From Candidatus Kaiserbacteria bacterium (GTDB lineage: Bacteria; Patescibacteriota; Minisyncoccia; Phycocordibacterales; UBA918), in NCBI GenBank assembly GCA_043770255.1, contig JAYVIL010000085.1, positions 1 through 63,438 of the forward strand: DNA of 63,438 nt, written 5' to 3'. Below are positions 8,556 through 17,617 of this stretch, piece by piece. A program made the position numbers and the translations under genes. Position 1 is the first letter of the stretch. Every line of letters starts with the position of its first letter. A model generated the notes under the pieces. It did no database searches, was not told the DNA's origin, and was given only the letters and a program-made list of their open reading frames with translations.

Positions 8556-8936
8556 TTAGGCAAACACAGCCACCATCGACATGATGACCAGATGGGCAAT
8601 CACCCAGAGGTAAGGCCCTTGGTTGTCTTTATGGGTGAACACGACCGCTGCCGCGCAGGCCGCTACAACACCAGCGGCAGCGGCGAAAAAAGCCGAAATA
8701 TCGAACAAAACGGTGGCAGTGAGGGTTGTAGCAAAAAACGCCACCCCCAACAACAGCAAGCTCACGGTTTCCCTGTGCAGATAGCGGGCAATTGATCCGA
8801 GGAGCATACAAGCTATCGCTACGACAGCGTAGATTGTTTCACGCCCAAATATTGGAGTGGCATTACCAGCGTCCGCGGCACCCGCACTAGCCTGAAATAC
8901 CAGGAACAGACAAGCGATTAGTATTTTTTTCATCAT
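8556..8936 (-). CDS. small multi-pass membrane protein with signal-like N-terminus
   Basis: MMKKILIACLFLVFQASAGA followed by three hydrophobic segments. The ATG at 8936 is preferred over the TTG at 8939. Confidence 0.45.
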   Translation of the reverse strand: MMKKILIACLFLVFQASAGAADAGNATPIFGRETIYAVVAIACMLLGSIARYLHRETVSLLLLGVAFFATTLTATVLFDISAFFAAAAGVVAACAAAVVFTHKDNQGPYLWVIAHLVIMSMVAVFA

Positions 8937-9095
8937 CAACCTTTCTTTTATCTTTTTTGGATCTGTTTTCTTTGTATCACGCTTATAGCTTTTGTCAAAC
9001 TAATTGCCGGCGCAGGCAGCTTCCTAACCGCACGTCGCGATACTATATGTATAGTTCACTTTACACCGTCAATTTCCTAAGCTACAGTTAACAAA

Positions 9096-11153
9096 ATGAA
9101 AACAGACTATGATGCAATCGTAATCGGTGCGGGCTCAGGCGGACTAACCAGTGCTGTTGGTCTCGCCAAAATTGGTAAATCAGTACTGCTGGTTGAACGC
9201 GAACATATCGGTGGTGAGTGCACCAACTCTGGTTGTATCCCGAGCAAGGCACTCCTCCATCACGCTAAATCGTATTACCAAGCAATTGCTATTTCAGGCG
9301 GCAATAGCCAGACGGAAAATTACCGGAGGGACGCTTTCAGTTACGTTCGTGCAAAAATTGCTGAGACTCTCTCACACGAAACACCCGAGCATTTTAAAAA
9401 ACTAGGTATTGATGTCGTAATTGGTGAAGCTGTATTTACGAGCCCGTCCACTATCAAAATTGGGAGTGATAGCATTACTTTTAAAAAAGCCGTCATCGCC
9501 ACTGGCTCGAGCCCGCGAATGATTGTTGTTCCCGAGCTTGACCCCTCTAAAATTCTCACCAATCAAAATCTCTTTGCACTTGAATCAGTTCCCGCCCACA
9601 CCCTGATAATTGGAGCCGGCCCGATTGGGCTCGAGATGGGACAAGCTCTCGCCATGTTAGGGAGCAACGTCACCATACTAGATAACGGACCAACATTTGC
9701 ACGCCTCGAAGACGAAGCTCTCCGCCCAATTATTCATACAGCGTGTACGAAACTTGGAATCACTATTTTGCAAAACGTTAGTATTACGAGTGTGCAAAAT
9801 AATATTGCGACTATATCGCAAACCGATACCACGACCACAAAAAACATACCGTTTGATAAAGTTTTAATCGCGATTGGCCGCATCCCTAACCTCCCCCAAG
9901 GATTGGAAGCAGCTACTATCCAATACGACAATGCCGGCATTAAGGTGAGCAAAAATAATCAAACGAGCAACCGTCGTGTCTATGCCCTTGGTGACGTAGC
10001 CGACACGTTAAAGTTTACGCACGTGGCAGATGATACAGCACGTAGAGTGGTGGCTCGTATCGCGAGCTTTGGAATCTTTTCACCAACAGCAAAATCTGTT
10101 CCTAAAGTCACCTATACCGAACCTGAATTAGCCCAAGTAGGTCTGTCGCAGACAGAAGCGGTGTCACTGTATGGCGAACTAAATATCCACCGGATTGAAG
10201 TTCCATTTAACCAAAACGACCGCGCTCGAACTGACAACAGTATTGAAGGTACGCTCGTAGTAATTGTAAAACGCGTATCAGGAAAAATTCTTGGTGTACA
10301 TATCGCTGGACCACGGGCTGGTGAGTTACTCGCTGTATTTTCTGTTGCTATCGACAACAACCTCTCTCTCTGGAAATTGCGCAGAACTATGTATGCCTAC
10401 CCTACCTACGCCCTCATCATTAAAAAAGCCGGCGACATATTTTTTGCTACTCAAATCAATAGTCTGAAAAGAGACATTGGCTATAAGTTTATAGGATTTT
10501 TGCCCAAGCTACTTCTCCTCACAGCCTGGCTCAGTGGGCTCTACTACTTGTATAACTACACGAACTCGTTTGGTCTCACGCCAACAGAGCTAGCCATTGC
10601 CTTATTTGATTTTATTACACAAACCATTTGGGGCCCACTCTTATATATCCTTGCGTATACGATTCGCCCTCTGACGTTTTTCCCAGGTACTGCCCTGACT
10701 ATTTTGTCTGGAGTTTTCTTTGGACTATCGGGCGGGATTTTCTATACCATCATCGGTGCTAACTTGTCAGCTACCGTCGCTTATTTTGTGGGACGATTCT
10801 TTGGTAAAAAAACAGCAAATGTAGGTGGTGGTATCTTTGGCCGATTTGCAGAGTCCTGTCGCACGAACCCATTTACCACCATCCTCACCATGCGTCTTCT
10901 CTTCCTTCCGTATGATGGCGTGAACTATGGCGCAGGATTATTGCGTGTTCCTTTTATGCCGTACATTATAGCTACAATTGTCGGAAGCATCCTCGGAATC
11001 ACTACTTTTGTAGCCATCGGGGCAAGTATCAGTGTCGACGAATTCAAAACAAACGGCATCACGACAAGCGCCATCAACGGTTCATTCCTCATTCTCTCAG
11101 CTCTCATATTTGTAATTTCCCTAGCCGTCGCCAAATACCTCCCAAAGAAATAG
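9096..11153 (+). CDS. fusion protein: pyridine nucleotide-disulfide oxidoreductase (mercuric reductase / lipoamide dehydrogenase-like) + C-terminal TVP38/TMEM64 (DedA-superfamily) membrane domain
   Basis: N-terminal GAGSGG FAD motif, redox-active GGECTNSGCIPSK, and a second GAGPIGLE Rossmann motif. From about residue 470 there are multiple TM helices with FFPGTALTILSGVFFG...GANLSATVAYFVGRFFG. Confidence 0.75.
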   Translation: MKTDYDAIVIGAGSGGLTSAVGLAKIGKSVLLVEREHIGGECTNSGCIPSKALLHHAKSYYQAIAISGGNSQTENYRRDAFSYVRAKIAETLSHETPEHFKKLGIDVVIGEAVFTSPSTIKIGSDSITFKKAVIATGSSPRMIVVPELDPSKILTNQNLFALESVPAHTLIIGAGPIGLEMGQALAMLGSNVTILDNGPTFARLEDEALRPIIHTACTKLGITILQNVSITSVQNNIATISQTDTTTTKNIPFDKVLIAIGRIPNLPQGLEAATIQYDNAGIKVSKNNQTSNRRVYALGDVADTLKFTHVADDTARRVVARIASFGIFSPTAKSVPKVTYTEPELAQVGLSQTEAVSLYGELNIHRIEVPFNQNDRARTDNSIEGTLVVIVKRVSGKILGVHIAGPRAGELLAVFSVAIDNNLSLWKLRRTMYAYPTYALIIKKAGDIFFATQINSLKRDIGYKFIGFLPKLLLLTAWLSGLYYLYNYTNSFGLTPTELAIALFDFITQTIWGPLLYILAYTIRPLTFFPGTALTILSGVFFGLSGGIFYTIIGANLSATVAYFVGRFFGKKTANVGGGIFGRFAESCRTNPFTTILTMRLLFLPYDGVNYGAGLLRVPFMPYIIATIVGSILGITTFVAIGASISVDEFKTNGITTSAINGSFLILSALIFVISLAVAKYLPKK

Positions 11154-11242
11154 GCTGCAACGATTATGATGACTGGGATCTTTCGCCAGAAGAGTGGACG
11201 TAACTCAAAGCGCTCTGCATAAACTGATTTGACCTCCTGGCC

Positions 11243-11276
11243 GTACTCACACCCTGTGAGCGCGGCTTTTTCTTTA
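11243..11276 (+). terminator. probable terminator of the oxidoreductase fusion gene
   Basis: Imperfect hairpin GCCGTACTCACA-CCCT-GTGAGCGCGGC followed by TTTTT. Confidence 0.4.
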
Positions 11277-11552
11277 CTGAAATTTTTAAAACCGGCGATA
11301 ATTTGACGAAACGAATTATTTGTATCAGAACTTATTGTAAACTTGACACTATCTAAACCGAGGTATACACTACCTTCAGAGCTTCAGTACAGGTACCAGC
11401 CACAACCTACCGTTGTGGTATATATCTGGCTTTAGTTAGTGTTAATGATACATAATCTAAATCAACTGAAGTGTTCTTTGAAAAACTGAGGTGGGCATAC
11501 TGTGCCCACCTCTCTAAAAACCACCACTACAACCCTCATGAAAGGACATACG

Positions 11553-12383
11553 ATGAAAGTTCATCTCTTGGTTATCGACCCGCAAAACGACTTCATGGAT
11601 ATTCCGGGCGCAACGCTACCGGTGACCGGCGCCAACGCGGACATGGTCCGCTTGGCCTCGCTTGTCGACCGCATCGGCCACAAGCTCCAGAAGATTCACG
11701 TGACGCTCGACAGTCACCACTTGGTTGACATCGCGCATCCCGCCTTCTGGCGCGACAGTGGCGGCGCGTCGCCCAGCTCGCTTACCATGATTTCGGCTTC
11801 GGCCATCAAGGACGGCACCTGGACGCCGCGGCTGCCTGAACTCCGCACCTACGCTATCGGCTACGCCGAAGCACTCGAAGCGGCAGGCAAGTACACCCTC
11901 ATGGTGTGGCCGCCACACTGCCTCATTGGCAGTTGGGGTCACAACGTGCAGAGCGACTTGGCTTCTGCCTTCGATCGCTGGAGCCAGAAACGCGTGCGCA
12001 ACATCGACTTCGTCACCAAGGGAACCAACGTGCTCACCGAGCACTATGGCGCTCTCTTGGCCGAAGTACCGATCGCGAACGACCCTTCGACCCAGATGAA
12101 CGCACGCTTCCTTGCTATGTTGCAAGAAGCGGACGTGATCGTGGTCGCGGGCGAGGCATCGAGCCACTGCGTGAAAGCTACCATTGAACAGGTCGCCGAC
12201 AACATCGGGGCGGAGCATGTGAAGAAATTCCACCTGCTCACCGACTGCATGTCGCCGGTACCGGCGGTCGTGGCCCCTGACGGGACCATGATTGTCGACT
12301 TCCCCGGCGTGGCACAGCAGTTCCTCAGGGACATGGCCGCTCGCGGTATGACGCTTACGACCGCGGACCAGTTCCTGGCGTGA
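11553..12383 (+). CDS. isochorismatase-fold cysteine hydrolase, nicotinamidase-like
   Basis: MKVHLLVIDPQNDF (catalytic Asp), TLDSHH (metal site), VTKG (Lys) and GEASSHCV (Cys). The ATG at 11553 has an AAAGGA SD 6 nt upstream; the track start at 11502 is a GTG inside a hairpin. Confidence 0.7.
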   Translation: MKVHLLVIDPQNDFMDIPGATLPVTGANADMVRLASLVDRIGHKLQKIHVTLDSHHLVDIAHPAFWRDSGGASPSSLTMISASAIKDGTWTPRLPELRTYAIGYAEALEAAGKYTLMVWPPHCLIGSWGHNVQSDLASAFDRWSQKRVRNIDFVTKGTNVLTEHYGALLAEVPIANDPSTQMNARFLAMLQEADVIVVAGEASSHCVKATIEQVADNIGAEHVKKFHLLTDCMSPVPAVVAPDGTMIVDFPGVAQQFLRDMAARGMTLTTADQFLA

Positions 12384-12453
12384 GTCATGGGGGGCGGAAA
12401 CAAAGTTTCCGCCCCTACCATCACGAACCATCATGACATATAAGGAGAACATC

Positions 12454-13245
12454 ATGTCAGACATGCACGACTTCACTATCGGCAGCGGCTTCCAGTTCAG
12501 TGGAGCAACCATCGGCGGTCTTACCGCTGCGCAATACACGCTTGTCACTATCGCACTCGACGAATCAGGTTCGATCATCGGCAAGGAAAGCGAAATTCTC
12601 GACATGCTCTTGGCTGCCGTTGGTGCCTGCTTTAGCTCACCGTATGCCAACAACCTGCTCGTGCGAGTCGTACGCTTTGGTTCGCAGCACAACCGCCAGA
12701 ACGGCAACGGTGTTGATGAAATCCATGGGTTCAAAACCCTCCAGGAAATCGATACCAAGAGCTACCCCACCCTACGTGGCGGTGGCGCGACACCGCTTTG
12801 CGACGCAGTCTACTCGAGCGTCGGCGCTATGAATGCCTACGCACAGAGCCTCGTCGACATGGACTTCGCTGTCAACGGCATCACTTTCGTGGTGACCGAT
12901 GGTGGCGAAAACAGCTCGACCGCAACCATGAAGATGGTCAAGGACGAGCTAAAGAAGTCGGTCCTCGGTGAAGTGATGGAGTCACACGTATCGATCCTCA
13001 TTGGCATTGATACCACAGATGGTCAAGATGATACCAATTCGTGGGTCAAGCAAGCTCGTGCGCGGATCAAGCAGGAACTTGAAACGTTCCAAACCGAGGC
13101 CGGTATGGACCAGTTCATTTGGGCTGGTACGGTTACCAAAAGCAGTCTCGCCAAGCTGGCCGCCTTCGTCTCGCAGTCAATCAGCTCGACGTCGATGGCG
13201 CTCGGCACCGGTGGCCCGAGCCAGAATATCTCGGCCACCATTTAA
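12454..13245 (+). CDS. von Willebrand factor A (vWA) domain protein, TerY-like
   Basis: MIDAS-type motifs ALDESGSI, GGATPL and VVTDGGEN. The ATG at 12454 is preceded by AAGGAG. Confidence 0.8.
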   Translation: MSDMHDFTIGSGFQFSGATIGGLTAAQYTLVTIALDESGSIIGKESEILDMLLAAVGACFSSPYANNLLVRVVRFGSQHNRQNGNGVDEIHGFKTLQEIDTKSYPTLRGGGATPLCDAVYSSVGAMNAYAQSLVDMDFAVNGITFVVTDGGENSSTATMKMVKDELKKSVLGEVMESHVSILIGIDTTDGQDDTNSWVKQARARIKQELETFQTEAGMDQFIWAGTVTKSSLAKLAAFVSQSISSTSMALGTGGPSQNISATI

Positions 13246-13253
13246 AGATCCCA

Positions 13254-13283
13254 CGGGAGGCGCCAAGCGCCTCCCGTTTTTTT
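13254..13283 (+). terminator. strong intrinsic terminator between the vWA and PP2C genes
   Basis: CGGGAGGCGC-CAA-GCGCCTCCCG followed by TTTTTTT. Confidence 0.7.
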
Positions 13284-13313
13284 GTTCACACAAAGTCAGA
13301 AAAGGACTCCATC

Positions 13314-14201
13314 ATGAACCTCAGAACCGACCACACCTTCCAGATTGGCTGGCAACATTTGCAGACTGGAAAACCCTGCCAAGACTTTGCGCTCTCGGGC
13401 ACAATTGCCGATGACCTCGTCTACGCGATTGTCTCAGACGGCTGCTCATCTGGCGGGATGACCGACATTGGTGCGCGTCTCATGGTACTCGCTACCAAGC
13501 GCGCCATCCTCGAACACCTGCCCGTACCAGAAACAAAAGCTTGGTCTGACACTATAGATAAAATCTGTGCCACACGCGATTTGTATCTTGCGTCGTACCA
13601 GGCTGAGCTTGGTCTCGCACCCGTTGATCTCCTCGCGACTTGTCTGTTTGCTATTGGCACTCCCCAGTTCGTCATCGGACATGTGACGGGCGATGGTGTC
13701 GTGATTGCGATTCATGAATATGATTCCCTGGTGGAGGAGTTTTCTTGGAACAAGAACACACCCTACTACCCTGCCTATCGCCTCAGTGATCAAGACGAGG
13801 CATTCAAGCAGGTACACAGGGAAACGGTAGAACCGTTTTTAGATAGGTGTACTTGGATGCATATGCGTGGCATGGGCGGTGCGTACGAAGGTACGCTTGA
13901 AACCCATACTGCGGAAGAAGGCCTGGCAGGGAAAAAGTTCGCCTTTGCACACAGCGAGGGAAACGTCCATCCTGGTCGACTCATTGCGGTCGCCCTCATG
14001 ACCGACGGCGTCGAGCAAATCGGCGGCGTCGACACCATGGCTGCTGCCGAGGCATTCACTGCTTGGAAGAGCACTGAAGGTCAATTTGCAGTTCGGCGCA
14101 TGAATCGTTTTCTCTCAGAGGCGAAAAAAATCGGCAAGGGCCCACAAGATGATATTGCGCAAGCAGTCATCCACTTGGGCTTGCGCTCACCTAACCCCTA
14201 A
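13314..14201 (+). CDS. PP2C-family (PP2C_2-type) Ser/Thr phosphatase
   Basis: MNLRTDHTFQIGWQHLQTGKPCQDFA...VYAIVSDGCSSGGMTDIGARL...VTGDG...MTDGVEQ. The ATG at 13314 is preceded by AAAGGA, and the upstream part of the track ORF overlaps the vWA gene and the terminator. Confidence 0.75.
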   Translation: MNLRTDHTFQIGWQHLQTGKPCQDFALSGTIADDLVYAIVSDGCSSGGMTDIGARLMVLATKRAILEHLPVPETKAWSDTIDKICATRDLYLASYQAELGLAPVDLLATCLFAIGTPQFVIGHVTGDGVVIAIHEYDSLVEEFSWNKNTPYYPAYRLSDQDEAFKQVHRETVEPFLDRCTWMHMRGMGGAYEGTLETHTAEEGLAGKKFAFAHSEGNVHPGRLIAVALMTDGVEQIGGVDTMAAAEAFTAWKSTEGQFAVRRMNRFLSEAKKIGKGPQDDIAQAVIHLGLRSPNP

Positions 14202-14212
14202 CGGAGGACACT

Positions 14213-15943
14213 ATGTCACTCATTCAAATACCAACCAAGGTTATGCTTGAGGGCAAAGGTGCCCTCACGCTCAGACCAAATGATTATGTAACGCAAGGTG
14301 GTGAAGGCGCCATCTATCGCAAAGACAAACACATCATCAAGCTCTATCTTGACCCAACCAAAATGGTCAAAGATGGTATGTCTGAAAAAGTGCGGCTCTT
14401 GGCGAAGTCCTTCGCACATCCATCAATCGTGGCGCCCAAAGGGGTTGTCCACGATGAACACGGAATGCCACTGGGTTACTATATGCCGTATGTCTCAGGA
14501 GTTGCCTATCCAAAACTGTTTACCAATGATGGACGAGCTGAGGTTGGATTCACCGACGAATCGGCACGCCAACTAGCGTTCTCAATGCGGGCAGTCATAA
14601 CCGAAGCACACCATCAAGGAGCTCTGCTCGTTGATGGCAACGAACTCAACTGGCTCGCCGATATCACTAACCCAAAGCTGCCGGTGCCGTACGCTATCGA
14701 CGTTGATTCGTGGCAGATTGGTCGCTTTAAAGCTGCCGTTATCATGCCTTCGATTCGTGACTGGCATAGCGCTACGATTACATCTACTACCGACTGGTTT
14801 GCTTGGGGCATTGTGACCTTCTTACTGTTTACCGGCATCCACCCATACAAAGGGACATTGGCCGGATATAAACCGGGCGAGCTCGAACGTCGCATGCGTG
14901 ACAACGCGTCGATATTCAACCCTGGAGTTCGTCTCAACAAAACAGTGCGGGACCTGTCATGTATTCCCGCACCGCTACTTGATTGGTACCAAGCAACTTT
15001 TGCCCAGGGCCTACGGACCATACCCCCTTCACCACTAGAACTCGGGAAAGGGCCGTCGGTTGCCGGTCGCATCCTGAGGATGGTCACCAGCGGCACTGGT
15101 GGACTGGTGTATGAAAAAATCTTTGAGGCAAACTCCGCGATAGTTTCCATTTGGCCTTGTGGCCTGATGAGAACAAAACTCGGCGACCTCTTTGATTATG
15201 AACATAAACGTCAAGTAGGTGTCACAACAGCAGCCCAAATGGCTGCTGTGAAAAGTGGCCAGGGATGGCTTATGGCCGAACAAATTGGTAGTGAGTGGCA
15301 ATTTCGTTATCTCAGTGGTAACGGGCAGTCGGTACCACTGTCGACACTACTCAACGTGGAGACTGTGTTCCGAAGTGACAACCGACTATTTGCTGTCACC
15401 GATTGTGAACTGGTGGAGCTCGCAATACAACAGTTCGGAAAACCAATTCTCATACCCCAAAGACGATGGTCAATTATGGGAAATGCAACGAGCTGGTATC
15501 GTGGTGTTGGTATCGCCGATCTACTAGGGAGTATCCATCTTATTCTCCCGTCAGGGACTGACGGTATTACCCAAGTCAAAGTGCCCGAACTAAGTGGCGT
15601 ACGGGTGATTGGTGCAGTTGGACATGGTCGGTATGTAGAAGTCATGACAGTAACCCAAAATGGTAACTACGAAGCCCTCCAGTTTATGTTCACACACGAT
15701 CTCAAGTCATATCGTTTGACAACCGAGACACGTGATGACGCCGAACAAAACCTCGTGATCCTCCCCAAGGGGGTGGTCGCACAAATTACCAAAGACGGCG
15801 AGCTGAGTATCCTAGTCCCACAAACAGGAGAACAAAAGCTCGTGACCGACACCGACATCGCAACAACCATGCGACTAGGACACCAAGGCGACCGAGTGAT
15901 CTATCGGCACGAAAATACCGTCTGGTCACTGCGCATGCGCTAA
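14213..15943 (+). CDS. Hanks-type Ser/Thr protein kinase with ~290-aa uncharacterised C-terminal region
   Basis: Gly-loop GGEGAIYRK, Lys in HIIKLY, catalytic-loop-like LVDGNELN, DFG-equivalent IDVDSW, and DWFAWGIVTFLLFTGIHPY. SD is GGAGG. The start lies 12 nt after the PP2C stop. Confidence 0.75.
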   Translation: MSLIQIPTKVMLEGKGALTLRPNDYVTQGGEGAIYRKDKHIIKLYLDPTKMVKDGMSEKVRLLAKSFAHPSIVAPKGVVHDEHGMPLGYYMPYVSGVAYPKLFTNDGRAEVGFTDESARQLAFSMRAVITEAHHQGALLVDGNELNWLADITNPKLPVPYAIDVDSWQIGRFKAAVIMPSIRDWHSATITSTTDWFAWGIVTFLLFTGIHPYKGTLAGYKPGELERRMRDNASIFNPGVRLNKTVRDLSCIPAPLLDWYQATFAQGLRTIPPSPLELGKGPSVAGRILRMVTSGTGGLVYEKIFEANSAIVSIWPCGLMRTKLGDLFDYEHKRQVGVTTAAQMAAVKSGQGWLMAEQIGSEWQFRYLSGNGQSVPLSTLLNVETVFRSDNRLFAVTDCELVELAIQQFGKPILIPQRRWSIMGNATSWYRGVGIADLLGSIHLILPSGTDGITQVKVPELSGVRVIGAVGHGRYVEVMTVTQNGNYEALQFMFTHDLKSYRLTTETRDDAEQNLVILPKGVVAQITKDGELSILVPQTGEQKLVTDTDIATTMRLGHQGDRVIYRHENTVWSLRMR

Positions 15944-15957
15944 GGTACAACAACCTA

Positions 15958-15986
15958 CCGACCACATTCGTGTGGTCGGTTTTTTT
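15958..15986 (+). terminator. intrinsic terminator after the kinase gene
   Basis: CCGACCACA-TTCG-TGTGGTCGG followed by TTTTTTT. Confidence 0.7.
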
Positions 15987-16063
15987 ATTAGTGTATATTT
16001 GACACAATGAAGGTGGTTTGCTAGGGTAGGAATAGGCATGATCTTTTACTGAAAGGAACCGTC

Positions 16064-17077
16064 ATGACAACTCTCCTTGATCGCTGTATTGGCACCTTTG
16101 TTGGTGAGCATATTGGTGATTCGCTTGGTGCCCAATATGAAACATCGGGACCCAAAGCTATCGCGTTAGACTTGGACGCTCGCGGTGGACCTACTTTCTA
16201 TGACTATCCCAATACCCGGATGGAAAAGCCTGAGGAACACATACTTCCCGCCGGAATGCCCACCGATGACTCAGAACAAACGGCGTGCCTCGCCCTGAGT
16301 CTGATTGCGTGCAACGGACTTGATACGGAACACTTTTACAACCTTTTGCGCAGCAACGTCATTGATGAAAAGAGTGTACTTTGGTCAGGCAAATCAATCG
16401 GGGCCGGTGGCACAACTAAAAATGCGCTCAGTGGCGACCCAAAACGAATGGCACTCGCGCGTAATAACACAATTGGTACCAACGGCAGTTTGATGCGGGC
16501 CGCACCGATGGGACTGTGGTGGGCGACACGTATCCTTAATCTCGAGGATGAAGATATACGCATCGCGCAAGTAAATGAGGCCGAGGCAATGGTCTTTGCC
16601 ATGTCGGATGTCACCCATGCACACCAACATAGTAAAGATGCCTGCTGGCTCTACACGATAGTATTGGCAAACTTACTCGCGGGCAATGAACCAGATACAG
16701 CTCTCGACAACGCCGAATACACCGACCCCAGTCTTGCGAAAAGCAAATTGGCACAGCGGGTATTTCTCTCAGTCTATGACAGGGATCTCATACCCTACGA
16801 CCCAGGAGCCTTCCCGGCGCGAGGCACGGCAGAGTTCTCACTCTATGTAGCACTCTATTGTCTCAAACACGCCACCTCGTTTGCTCACGGTATCGAAATG
16901 GCTATCCGTGTTGGTGGCGACACCGATACTTATGCCGCAATAGCCGGCGGATTGCTCGGTGCCCATTACGGCTATGACGCTATCCCGAAGGCATGGCGAG
17001 ATACCATTCTCGGTCATGACGTTATGGTCGACCTCGCCACCCAGATGTACAACCGATTTGGTCCTGCAGTAACATAA
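16064..17077 (+). CDS. ADP-ribosylglycohydrolase family protein (DraG/ARH-like)
   Basis: GDSLGAQYE, MPTDDSEQT, GTNGSLMRAAPMG and VGGDTDTYAAIAGGLLGAHYG are family hallmarks. Confidence 0.85.
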   Translation: MTTLLDRCIGTFVGEHIGDSLGAQYETSGPKAIALDLDARGGPTFYDYPNTRMEKPEEHILPAGMPTDDSEQTACLALSLIACNGLDTEHFYNLLRSNVIDEKSVLWSGKSIGAGGTTKNALSGDPKRMALARNNTIGTNGSLMRAAPMGLWWATRILNLEDEDIRIAQVNEAEAMVFAMSDVTHAHQHSKDACWLYTIVLANLLAGNEPDTALDNAEYTDPSLAKSKLAQRVFLSVYDRDLIPYDPGAFPARGTAEFSLYVALYCLKHATSFAHGIEMAIRVGGDTDTYAAIAGGLLGAHYGYDAIPKAWRDTILGHDVMVDLATQMYNRFGPAVT

Positions 17078-17084
17078 ACATTCC

Positions 17085-17116
17085 CCGCCCGAGAGCATCA
17101 CTCTCGGGCGGTTTTA
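17085..17116 (+). terminator. intrinsic terminator after the ARH gene
   Basis: CCGCCCGAGAG-CATCA-CTCTCGGGCGG followed by TTTT. Confidence 0.7.
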
Positions 17117-17194
17117 TTTTATGTACAAAAATGTATTTGTAATGTATAATGTTTTTGTAACTGTTCCCCAAGGAGGACTGACATAATCTGTGAA

Positions 17195-17524
17195 ATGGCA
17201 AGCGGCGCAGGATTCTTTTCCGGAATCTGGGCGGGTCTGATGTCCGTATTCAGTTTGATTGCGGATATATTCTTTGAGTTTTCAGTCTACGACCACTGCC
17301 AGCAAAGCTGGTGGTATGACTTTGGATTCATTCTGGGACTGGCTTTTGTTTGCCGACTGGCATTCAAATGGTCCTGGGTGTTCTTCCTGATCCTGCTCTT
17401 TGTATGGTTTTTGACAATCGTGTTCAAAACCTTCGTCTACGGAATTGTATTTGGAGCAGGAGCGCTAGTTGCCTATGGCCTTTACCTCAAGTTTACGGGA
17501 GATACGCCACCATCCAAAAAATAA
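17195..17524 (+). CDS. small multi-pass membrane protein, unknown function
   Basis: 109 aa with 3-4 hydrophobic segments, GGAGGA upstream, and a terminator at 17540-17570 downstream. Confidence 0.4.
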   Translation: MASGAGFFSGIWAGLMSVFSLIADIFFEFSVYDHCQQSWWYDFGFILGLAFVCRLAFKWSWVFFLILLFVWFLTIVFKTFVYGIVFGAGALVAYGLYLKFTGDTPPSKK

Positions 17525-17539
17525 CATATCGAAAAAGAA

Positions 17540-17570
17540 AAGGCGTGTCCCATGGGACACGCCTTGTTTT
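17540..17570 (+). terminator. intrinsic terminator
   Basis: AAGGCGTGTCCC-ATG-GGACACGCCTT followed by GTTTT. Confidence 0.6.
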
Positions 17571-17617
17571 ATGACGTCACTCTAGCTATGACATAAACCA
17601 TGTCAAAATTTAAATTA

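Noticed and set aside
11489-11513. A riboswitch (NAD-class) in the ~185-nt leader of the island operon
   Set aside because: The leader has hairpins (CCACAAC..GTTGTGG at ~11410-11428, and GAGGTGGGCA-TACTG-TGCCCACCTC). However, I cannot match them to any riboswitch core from memory, and the second hairpin lacks a downstream T-run. The evidence is insufficient.
11616-12758. A 380-aa minus-strand ORF spanning the nicotinamidase-like and vWA genes
   Set aside because: It lies antisense to two well-supported plus-strand genes in a GC-rich block where long shadow ORFs are expected. The translation is Arg/Gly/His-rich with no motifs and there is no SD.
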